Part shown: piece by piece, positions 7,205-14,452 of the stretch
Numbering within the stretch: position 1 is the first letter of the stretch
How the letters are laid out: each line of letters starts with the position of its first letter
NCBI GenBank assembly: GCA_037441705.1
Contig: JBBIRR010000058.1
Coordinates: 1-20,581 of the forward strand
Direction: 5' to 3'
DNA: 20,581 nt
Source of the DNA: Ignavibacteriales bacterium
Lineage (GTDB): Bacteria; Bacteroidota; Ignavibacteria; UBA10030; UBA6906
The notes under the pieces: model-generated
What the model was told of the DNA's origin: nothing
Database searches by the model: none
The model's input: only the letters and a program-made list of their open reading frames with translations
Program-made: the position numbers and the translations under genes

Positions 7205-8179
7205 TTATCGCGCCGTTGCTCCGCCGCAACTGCTTCCCGCGCCGGCGGTGCATCCGAAGCAATGATCGCCGAACACAATCTTGCGCGAGATGAGTCTGTC
7301 AAAGTCGAAATCCCAGATGGTGTTGGCGACACCGTGGTTTACAGTCCAGGCAAGCATCTGGTTGAAGTCACAGTCGTAGAGCGTACCATCGTAGCCGACG
7401 CTGATGAGCGTTCTGCACATCACGCCTTCGGCGGCGGCAGGATTGAACGCGTTGATGAGCTTGGTCATGTAGCTGTCATAGAGCTCCGCCCGTTCGAGGA
7501 AATGCTTGAACCGATTGATCGGCATGTTGGTGATGACGTAGAGGGAGTTGAAGACGAGTCCGTGTTCTTTTCGGAGATGTTCCTTGAACTGCGCTTCGAT
7601 GGCGGCCTGCGCCGGCGGAAGGTACGCACCAACCGGGTTATAGACGAGATTGAGAACGAGACCCGTACCTTCTTTCCCGTAACCCAGTCTGTTGAGTCTG
7701 CGCATCGCCTCGATGCTCTTGGCAAACACGCCCGATCCTCGCTGTGCGTCGGTTTCCTTCTCCGCGTAGTAGGGAAGCGACGAAATGACTTCGACGCAAT
7801 GGTCTCGGAAAAATTCGGGCAGATACTCCATGCTCTTGCCGCTGAGCGGATGGGGGTCGAGCGTCACGGTGAGGTTATGGCGCACCATCACGTGCTTGCC
7901 GAGTTTCGTTGCTTCGATCACGAAATAGTCGAAGTGCTCGTTCAGCTCCGGCGCGCCGCCGGTGATGTCGAGGTTCTTGATCTGCGGGTAGGCTGCAAGA
8001 ATCTCGAGACAGCGATCGACCGTCTCACGGTTCATCATCTCCGTGCGCTTCGGCCCGGCATCCACATGACAGTGCTTGCATGCCTGATTGCAGAGTTTGC
8101 CGACGTTGACCTGCAAGGTGCCGATGGTTATTGGAGACAACTCAATGTGCCATCGTTGAAGCGCTTGTTCGAAATCCAT
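7205..8179 (-). CDS. arsS: Radical SAM / Cys-rich DUF3641 protein (arsenosugar biosynthesis ArsS family, TIGR04167-like)
   Basis: LQVNVGKLCNQACKHCHVDAGP (CxxxCxxC), DITGGAPE, MCRTLISVGYDGTLYDCDFNQM and C-terminal HCFGCTAGAGSSCGGA, all typical of the family. SD GAGGT. Confidence 0.9.
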   Translation of the reverse strand: MDFEQALQRWHIELSPITIGTLQVNVGKLCNQACKHCHVDAGPKRTEMMNRETVDRCLEILAAYPQIKNLDITGGAPELNEHFDYFVIEATKLGKHVMVRHNLTVTLDPHPLSGKSMEYLPEFFRDHCVEVISSLPYYAEKETDAQRGSGVFAKSIEAMRRLNRLGYGKEGTGLVLNLVYNPVGAYLPPAQAAIEAQFKEHLRKEHGLVFNSLYVITNMPINRFKHFLERAELYDSYMTKLINAFNPAAAEGVMCRTLISVGYDGTLYDCDFNQMLAWTVNHGVANTIWDFDFDRLISRKIVFGDHCFGCTAGAGSSCGGATAR

Positions 8180-8216
8180 TTCTACCTCGGAATACTATTG
8201 TCGTTCCGCCTTCGCG

Positions 8217-8684
8217 TCACACACGCTTCGCCACTAACCCTTGATCAAATATGAAAGGCTCATAGCTCGAAACTCTTACTTGTTTGATCTGAGGGTGTAG
8301 GGGATTCAGGAGAATATTGAATTCCCTATCCACGACTGCCGACGGCACACGAAGCACGAGCGAGCGGAGCGAGCGGATCCACTCCGAACCAATGACTGCC
8401 AACGTTGGTGGGGCAGGATAATCGCGCCAGTTTCGTGGGAGATCAGCGACATCGACCTGTTCTACTTTCGCTCGGGCCGGAATGTAAAGCTCGCCCATGA
8501 ACAGGTCCTGCGGCACACGCTCGAGGGAGACATGAACCAGGACCTCAACAGCCGCGAGCGCTCTGCTTTCAGAGGCGTACACCATCGGCGTGCCGCGGTT
8601 ATTCCAACGACCACCATGGCGTTGAGCGCCGACCCCGGAGAGGTCATTGACAAACTGCTTCCGGGTAATTCGGTACGCCTTCAC
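8217..8684 (-). CDS. RES-domain toxin (NAD+ phosphorylase / ADP-ribosyltransferase-like) of an Xre-RES TA system
   Basis: YRI...SGVGAQRHGGRWN..G...VYASES...AVEVLVH...LRVPSAVV..EFNILLNP, containing the R, E and S catalytic residues. GTG start immediately after the antitoxin stop. Confidence 0.92.
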   Translation of the reverse strand: MKAYRITRKQFVNDLSGVGAQRHGGRWNNRGTPMVYASESRALAAVEVLVHVSLERVPQDLFMGELYIPARAKVEQVDVADLPRNWRDYPAPPTLAVIGSEWIRSLRSLVLRVPSAVVDREFNILLNPLHPQIKQVRVSSYEPFIFDQGLVAKRV

Positions 8685-9116
8685 TCAGGCGTAAACTCCC
8701 TGTTCAATACGACCAAGCTCATCCAAGAGCAGTTGTGTCCCGACGGCCGTATCAAGCAACTCAAACGGCTTACGTCCACCGAGAGAGCGATTCGGCTCGT
8801 CCAGCCACGCGGTAAACCGCTCTCTGTCACCAAAGACCTCGATGCCACGACTGGTCACTTCCGCCAATTGGACAACACGCCCCGAGATTGCCGCGTTGAG
8901 CAGGTCACGACTTTCATAGCGTTGGAGATTCCGCTCGGATACCTGAAGAAGCTTCGCCACTTCTTTCATCGACAGCGACAGGGTCTTGGCGAGATGCATG
9001 AGGGCTCTCATGCTCACCCCCTTCCGACTCAACTCCATGAGATCCAGCTGGTTCTTCACCTTATGACGGATAACCTTTGCCCCTCCCAAAACTCGTACAA
9101 CAGCATCAGTAGACAT
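8685..9116 (-). CDS. Xre/MbcA/ParS-family antitoxin (HTH + DUF2384)
   Basis: HTH region LSLSMKEVAKLLQVSERNLQRY and C-terminal VFGDRERFTAWLDEPNRSLGGRKPFELLDT..G...LLDELGRIEQGVYA. Start moved to ATG 9116, which has a TAAGGAG SD. Confidence 0.92.
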   Translation of the reverse strand: MSTDAVVRVLGGAKVIRHKVKNQLDLMELSRKGVSMRALMHLAKTLSLSMKEVAKLLQVSERNLQRYESRDLLNAAISGRVVQLAEVTSRGIEVFGDRERFTAWLDEPNRSLGGRKPFELLDTAVGTQLLLDELGRIEQGVYA

Positions 9117-9146
9117 TGGTGTTCTCCTTATTTGTCTTCTGTCGTC

Positions 9147-9183
9147 AATGTACAGACATCTGTCGGCACATGCAATTTGTGCC
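9147..9183 (-). promoter_or_regulatory. Promoter of the xre-res cassette with overlapping palindromic operators
   Basis: Minus strand TTGCAT (9175-9170), 17 nt spacer, TACATT (9152-9147). Palindromes GACA-TC-TGTC (9155-9164) in the spacer and GGCACA-N7-TGTGCC (9165-9183) over the -35. Confidence 0.6.
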
Positions 9184-9216
9184 CTGCATTGGCATCGTCG
9201 CAACAGTGCTACGCCA

Positions 9217-9552
9217 TTACATCATCAGCTTCTCGACGATGTTCCGACACTGCACACCGTGCACCAGCGACGCACCGCCCCGCACGGCAGCGGTGACATG
9301 CAGGGCTTCCGTCATCTGATCCATGTTCGCACCCGACTCAAGACATTGATTCGTATAGGCATCAATGCAATAGGGACACTGCACGGTGTGTGCAACCGCG
9401 AGGCCGATGAGGGACTTCTCTCTCTTCGTCAGCGCACCTTCGGTTGCTGTTGCCTCGTTGTACCATGCGATGAACTTCTCCCACAGATGCTTCTGGTTCT
9501 TGCCGATGTCACTGAACTTTGCCAGGTCTTTCGATTCATAATACGATGACAT
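9217..9552 (-). CDS. Arsenosugar-biosynthesis-associated peroxidase-like AhpD/CMD protein (TIGR04169-like)
   Basis: YY...DL..F..IG at the N-terminus, EGALTKREKSLIGLAVAHTVQCPYCIDAY and AAVRGGASLVHGVQ. This subfamily is typically encoded next to ArsS-type radical SAM genes. SD GAGGAG. Confidence 0.85.
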   Translation of the reverse strand: MSSYYESKDLAKFSDIGKNQKHLWEKFIAWYNEATATEGALTKREKSLIGLAVAHTVQCPYCIDAYTNQCLESGANMDQMTEALHVTAAVRGGASLVHGVQCRNIVEKLMM

Positions 9553-9580
9553 GAGTGCTCCTCGGTTAAACTGTAGAAAT

Positions 9581-10213
9581 TTATGTTTGATGATCGAAGC
9601 TCTTTCGATTCAGGTACACCCGATACTCTTCGAGCGTATCAACATCCATCAGGTTCTCGATCAATGCTGTGGAGAGGCGAAGCGTCTCAGCCCGTTCGAG
9701 AGTCTCTCGAAGGACGTTCTCCGTACTCCAGGCAATTCCATCGAAGACATTCTTGACGGGCGGTTTCATCCCCAACAAATAGTACCCGCCGTCGGTTGAC
9801 GGGCCGATGACAAGTTCGTGCGAATCAAGCATAGTGAACGCACGCGCGAGAATGTCGCCTTTAAGCTCCGGTACGTCTGTCCCGATGATGGCTGCCTTCG
9901 ATGCCCCATCACGGAAGACACGATCGAATGCAGTGTGCATTCGCTCACCCAACGTTTTTCCGACTTGAGCAACGTACACGAAATCCTGCTGAACCCATGA
10001 CCGCATCTCCTCCTCCGATGCATCGGGACTGTAGAAGAGATACACCCTCACGCCTTCAGATGCAAGTCCTTGAGCGAGACCGAACGCGTGCCGGGCAAGC
10101 TCCTCATAGACTCTCATCGCTTCGTTCATGCCGATGGCTTTGCCCAACCGCGTCTTCACGAAGCCTGCACGCGGTAGCTTGGCAAATACGATGAGGGCGC
10201 GTTCTTCCATCAT
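9581..10213 (-). CDS. DUF2064 / TIGR04282-like transferase (rSAM/selenodomain-associated, arsenosugar-cluster glycosyltransferase; CofC-like fold)
   Basis: LIVFAKLPRAGFVKTRL, Q.G..LGERM, IIGTDVP, IGPSTDGGYYLLG, IAWST..VL..T and DVDT..E motifs. ATGA overlap with the upstream gene. Confidence 0.9.
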   Translation of the reverse strand: MMEERALIVFAKLPRAGFVKTRLGKAIGMNEAMRVYEELARHAFGLAQGLASEGVRVYLFYSPDASEEEMRSWVQQDFVYVAQVGKTLGERMHTAFDRVFRDGASKAAIIGTDVPELKGDILARAFTMLDSHELVIGPSTDGGYYLLGMKPPVKNVFDGIAWSTENVLRETLERAETLRLSTALIENLMDVDTLEEYRVYLNRKSFDHQT

Positions 10214-11502
10214 CCACCTATCTTAGCTGATGCCTGCCGGAGTGAAAAGGTTCCCCGCACGACTTCACGCACAAGCAGAACATAGAACGGGATATACTCG
10301 ACCAACAGAAGAAGCGTATCGGCTCTCCACACACCGCTCAGCCGGTATTGATATACCACCCAGTTACTGATGACGGAAAATCCCAACAACACAGAAACCG
10401 CCGGCGACCATCTGAGAACGACCAATGCGGCGAGCCACGTGAGATACCACGGATGCACCGTTGGGGCACACACAATAAAGCCGACAAAAGCGAGAAACAC
10501 TCTTTCGAGGAAGGTCCTGTTGAGCGCAAACACCGTTGCCCACCAGATCAAGAACACGACGGACGAAACGAGGTGAGCCTTCTCGTTCGATCCCACCAAT
10601 GCATAGATGAGGTGAAACACCGAGCCATTGAATTCAAATGTCGTATTGAAAATGATGAACGACTCAATCAATCCGCCCGTCGGTTCCCAGTACAACCAAC
10701 AGCCGATCATGAGGAGGACGATGGGAACTGCAGGCAGCGCAATTTTCTTCCATCCTTTTGTAAGATGAAAGACAAAAGGAACGACAAGAAGCGGATACAG
10801 TTTTGAAAGCGCAGCGAACCCGAGCGATACAGCCCCTTTCAGGAGATTTCCTCGCTGCAGCAGATACAGTGAGAGTAATAGAAACGGGATGCCGAGCGCA
10901 TCGACATGTCCATCGAGTCCAAAGTACAGAATCGGAAGAGGCGACCACGCGTAGAGCAGCAGGCCCTGAAGTGGGGCGTTGAAGAGCCTGTAGAGCAGAA
11001 GAACCGAAACTATATCGGCAAGAACGAGGAGGAACTTTAAGCCGGCTAAGGAATCACCAAAAAGAAGCTGCGAGACGAAAAACACTCCTTGCGCGAGAGG
11101 CGGGTAGATTGTCCGCATCGTTGGAAAATTGATCTTCGACGGCAGGTCGGTCGTGTGAAGATGAGCGAGCGCGGAGTCTGCCGGCGCGAACGCGAAAGGA
11201 TTGATGCCGCTCGCAGCGACTTTCCCATCCCACACATAGCGGTAGATGTCGTCCGAGCCGACCGGCGGATGCAGGACGAGCGTGAGACGAAAGAGAATGG
11301 CAAAGCCAACGACCAACCTTGTTGTTCCGGGTTCGGCGTTCGCTGCTCCGGATTTCCACCACGTCAATGCGAGAAGAAGAAAAACAAACACGTGGACGCC
11401 GATCAGCAGCAGAACCTCCCTCGGTGATTCCGGAAGGAGGTAGAAGCTCAGGTACGCTGCTTCCATTATCACGCCGACGATGACAAGCCACCGCGTGGTC
11501 AC
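10210..11502 (-). CDS. Polytopic GT-C fold glycosyltransferase (GT87/DUF2029-like)
   Basis: About 10 TM segments, an extracytoplasmic loop GSDDIYRYVWDGKV...GINPF, and motifs TIYPPLAQ, YAWSPL, GHVD, K.YP and TVHPWYLTW. GTG start 1 nt after the GT2 stop. Confidence 0.82.
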   Translation of the reverse strand: MTTRWLVIVGVIMEAAYLSFYLLPESPREVLLLIGVHVFVFLLLALTWWKSGAANAEPGTTRLVVGFAILFRLTLVLHPPVGSDDIYRYVWDGKVAASGINPFAFAPADSALAHLHTTDLPSKINFPTMRTIYPPLAQGVFFVSQLLFGDSLAGLKFLLVLADIVSVLLLYRLFNAPLQGLLLYAWSPLPILYFGLDGHVDALGIPFLLLSLYLLQRGNLLKGAVSLGFAALSKLYPLLVVPFVFHLTKGWKKIALPAVPIVLLMIGCWLYWEPTGGLIESFIIFNTTFEFNGSVFHLIYALVGSNEKAHLVSSVVFLIWWATVFALNRTFLERVFLAFVGFIVCAPTVHPWYLTWLAALVVLRWSPAVSVLLGFSVISNWVVYQYRLSGVWRADTLLLLVEYIPFYVLLVREVVRGTFSLRQASAKIGG

Positions 11503-11503
11503 G

Positions 11504-12211
11504 TTATACCTTCACAAAGAGATATTTGAAGATTGTATAAAGAATCTTGACGGAGGCATTAATCGAGCCGCCAAGCGTGCCTGTGACTTTCGAAGTCCCG
11601 ATACGCTTGCGGTAGCGGACGGGAACTTCCGCAGTACGTAAGCCTATCTTCGCCGCTTTGATTTGCATCTCCACCGTCCACCCATAGGTGCCGTCGCTCA
11701 TTCTCAGACGCCGCAGCGCGTCCGTACGGATGACACGAAACGGACCGAGGTCTGTGAAGCGTGCGCGCCAGAAGCAACGGAGAAGGAAACAGGCCACCGC
11801 GTTGCCGATCAACGCTTGCGGGAGCAATGCGCCGGGCTCGCGTTCGCCCAGCATGCGCGAACCGATGACAAGGTCGTTGCCCTGTTCGAGGGCGTGCAGC
11901 AACAGAGGCAACTCCTCCGGATAGTCGCTCAGGTCGCCGTCAACGAATGCGATTGCATCGGGAGCGTTCATGAGCGCGTGTTCGATGCCGGTGAGGCAGG
12001 CGTAGCCGTAGCCGCGCCGCGGCTCGTGAAGCACCGTTGCGCCCGCAGACCGCGCGGTTTGCGCCGTCCCGTCGGTGGATCCGTTATCGACAACGATAAT
12101 CTCGTGGATACAATCCTTCGGCAGCCGTGCAACAACCTGTCCGATCGAGCGTTCTTCGTTGAGAGCGGGAATGACGACTGCAACGCGCAACGGGGGCATG
12201 GTAGCTCGCAT
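11504..12211 (-). CDS. GT2 glycosyltransferase, DPM1-like (polyprenol-phosphate sugar synthase type)
   Basis: VVIPALNEE, IIVVDNGSTDGT, RGYGYAC, FVDGDLSD (DxD), DLVIGSR, TDLGPFR, YGWTVEMQIKA and EVPVRYRKR.G.SK. Start at ATG 12211 or 12199. Confidence 0.88.
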   Translation of the reverse strand: MRATMPPLRVAVVIPALNEERSIGQVVARLPKDCIHEIIVVDNGSTDGTAQTARSAGATVLHEPRRGYGYACLTGIEHALMNAPDAIAFVDGDLSDYPEELPLLLHALEQGNDLVIGSRMLGEREPGALLPQALIGNAVACFLLRCFWRARFTDLGPFRVIRTDALRRLRMSDGTYGWTVEMQIKAAKIGLRTAEVPVRYRKRIGTSKVTGTLGGSINASVKILYTIFKYLFVKV

Positions 12212-12214
12212 CCA

Positions 12215-13756
12215 TCACGGCAACCGCCATCGGCGACCATCGCGGGCAAGCATCTCGTCGGCTTCCTGCGGTCCCCAGGTGCCGGCAGGATAATCGTACA
12301 CGCGCGAGCGAGAGTTGGTTGCCCAACCTTCGTGAATAGGCGTGATGAGCTGCCATGCAATATCCACGCTATCGCCGCGAGCATAGAGAGTTGCGTCGCC
12401 GAGCATGCAATCGAGGATGAGCCGGGTGTACGCATCGGCAAGCTTTCCGCCAAACGATGAGCCGTAGCGGAAGTCCATCGTTACGGGGCGCATGCGCATG
12501 TGTGAGCCGGGAATCTTGGAGCTGAACTTGAGCGAGATGCCTTCATCGGGCTGCACGCGGATGACGATGTTGTTCTGATCGAGTGTGTCGGTCGGCAGAT
12601 GTGCGAAGAGATGGTGCGGCGTTTTCTTGAACTGGATCGCGATTTCCGTCACACGTTTCGGCAGACGTTTGCCGGACCGAACATAGAACGGCACATCTGC
12701 CCATCGCCAATTATCAACGTAGAACTTGACGGCAACATACGTCTCGGTCGTGCTGGTCGGCGAGACGCCCGGCTCGGTGCGGTATGCGGGCACGGCTTTG
12801 CCGCCCACGGTACCGGCGGCGTATTGTCCGCGCACGGTGAACAGATGCACATCCTTCGGCGCAATCAGCCGTACGGCTTGAAACACCTTGTGCTTCTCAT
12901 CGCGCACTTGCTGCGCGTCGAACAGCACCGGCGGTTCCATCGCCGTGAGGGCGAGAAGCTGCAGCATGTGGTTCTGGATCATATCGCGCAGCGCTCCCGC
13001 GCCTTCGTAGTACCCACCCCGATTCTCAACGCCTACCGTTTCGGCCGCCGTGATCTGCACATGGTCAACGTAGTTGCGATTCCAGATCGGCTCGAAGATG
13101 CCGTTGGCAAACCGAAAGACGAGGAGATTCTGAACCGTTTCCTTGCCGAGATAATGGTCAATCCGGTACACCTGCGATTCGTCGAACACGCGTAGAACTT
13201 CCTCATTCAGCTTGCGCGATGAAGCGAGATCAACACCGAAGGGTTTTTCGATAATGATGCGGGTCCAGGCATCCGCCGGCGAAGGCCGATTCATCTGTGC
13301 ATGCGCAAGGCCGCGCACGATCGGTGCATACAGGCTCGGAGGCGTGGAGAGATAGAAGAGATAGTTGTCTGAAGCTCTTCGCTCGTTGCTAATAGCGGCC
13401 AGCTCTTTTTTCAGTCTGAGAAACTCATCCGGCTGGCCGGGATCGGCGCTGATGTAGTACACACCGCGGGCAAATGTATCCCACAACACCTGCTCCGATG
13501 CTTGCAGCCCGCCGAACTCCTTCATCGCTGCATACATGTACTCGCGAAAGGAGTCGGTGGACATCGGCGTGCGGGCAACACCCACGATCGTGAAGCCTGA
13601 GGGAAGCAGTCCCTGCCGCGCTAAGTCAAAGACTGCGGGAATGAGTTTTCGTTTGGTGAGATCGCCCGACGCGCCAAAGATGACCATCAGACACGGATCG
13701 GGCAGCCGCTCGATGCGGGTTGATTCGGCAAGAGGGTTGGGGAGAGCGGGTTGCAT
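12215..13756 (-). CDS. zwf: Glucose-6-phosphate 1-dehydrogenase
   Basis: GASGDLT NADP-binding motif, IIEKPFG, RIDHYLGKE catalytic motif, RDMIQNH and WRWADVPFYVRSGK. Confidence 0.97.
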   Translation of the reverse strand: MQPALPNPLAESTRIERLPDPCLMVIFGASGDLTKRKLIPAVFDLARQGLLPSGFTIVGVARTPMSTDSFREYMYAAMKEFGGLQASEQVLWDTFARGVYYISADPGQPDEFLRLKKELAAISNERRASDNYLFYLSTPPSLYAPIVRGLAHAQMNRPSPADAWTRIIIEKPFGVDLASSRKLNEEVLRVFDESQVYRIDHYLGKETVQNLLVFRFANGIFEPIWNRNYVDHVQITAAETVGVENRGGYYEGAGALRDMIQNHMLQLLALTAMEPPVLFDAQQVRDEKHKVFQAVRLIAPKDVHLFTVRGQYAAGTVGGKAVPAYRTEPGVSPTSTTETYVAVKFYVDNWRWADVPFYVRSGKRLPKRVTEIAIQFKKTPHHLFAHLPTDTLDQNNIVIRVQPDEGISLKFSSKIPGSHMRMRPVTMDFRYGSSFGGKLADAYTRLILDCMLGDATLYARGDSVDIAWQLITPIHEGWATNSRSRVYDYPAGTWGPQEADEMLARDGRRWRLP

Positions 13757-13768
13757 TGCTTGGTAGAA

Positions 13769-14170
13769 TCAATGCCCGGAATCTTCAAGTGACACAGCAA
13801 TGTCTGGAAATTTCTGAAGCAACTCCCTATCCGATGTCATCAGCCGTGTGCCCAGCTCACGGGCAAGTGCAACGTATTCGGCATCGTAGGCGGAACAACC
13901 ACTTGCCTGAGCAATTTGGAGGACAGCAGATGATTCGACACTGTATTCACGTTTCAGCAACCGACGTTCGGCCTTCCTCATGGTCTCCACAGCAACTTCC
14001 AAAGTCATGAGTTTTCTCCGAACGTACCCGATCAAGACATTTCTGAATTCAGATCTCCAAAGAACCGGAGCCACCCAAACCGAGTCCTTTCTGTATGCCT
14101 TGAAGGCAACTTCGGTTAGGGAGCCTGGGATCCAGAAGTATGCAAGAGTGTTTGCATCAGTAACGATCAC
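13769..14170 (-). CDS. vapC: PIN-domain VapC-family toxin
   Basis: Acidic PIN tetrad VTDANT, SEF, SAYDAEY and TSDR. GTGA overlap with the antitoxin stop. Confidence 0.9.
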   Translation of the reverse strand: MIVTDANTLAYFWIPGSLTEVAFKAYRKDSVWVAPVLWRSEFRNVLIGYVRRKLMTLEVAVETMRKAERRLLKREYSVESSAVLQIAQASGCSAYDAEYVALARELGTRLMTSDRELLQKFPDIAVSLEDSGH

Positions 14171-14406
14171 TTCCGCCCTTCCTCTTTCAGCTCCCGCAAT
14201 ACCTCATCTGTAAGGTAGCCCCCTATCTTTTTTTGGTGTTCACGCGCCTCTGTAATCACCGCATCAACGTCCAGCTCTTCGTCCAAGAGCAGAGATTCCA
14301 GAAATGCTTTTGCCTCGCTTTCGACGGTCCTGTTGTGTGCCTTTGCCCGGCGCTCGAGGGTCTTCATGACTCCCTCCGGCAAATCCCTGATCGTGAGTTC
14401 GGCCAT
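14167..14406 (-). CDS. FitA-like ribbon-helix-helix (Arc family) antitoxin
   Basis: MAELTIRDLPEGVMKTLERRAKAHNRTVESEAKAFL is a FitA/StbC-type RHH, and the C-terminus is ELKEEGRK. Start moved to ATG 14406, which has an AAGGAG SD. Confidence 0.88.
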   Translation of the reverse strand: MAELTIRDLPEGVMKTLERRAKAHNRTVESEAKAFLESLLLDEELDVDAVITEAREHQKKIGGYLTDEVLRELKEEGRK

Positions 14407-14452
14407 ACGACGCTCCTTTCTCAGCATCAACCCCGATTCGCAGGTCTTGATT

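Noticed and set aside
7076-8254. 392-aa plus-strand ORF
   Set aside because: Antisense shadow of arsS that also crosses its terminator, with no motifs.
9163-9200. GGCAC...TTGC near the TA promoter considered as a sigma-54 promoter
   Set aside because: The spacing is GG-N8-GC rather than the required GG-N10-GC.
8217-14452. TA pairs considered as integron cassettes or IS cargo
   Set aside because: I could not identify attC-like flanks, terminal inverted repeats, an integrase or a transposase around either cassette.
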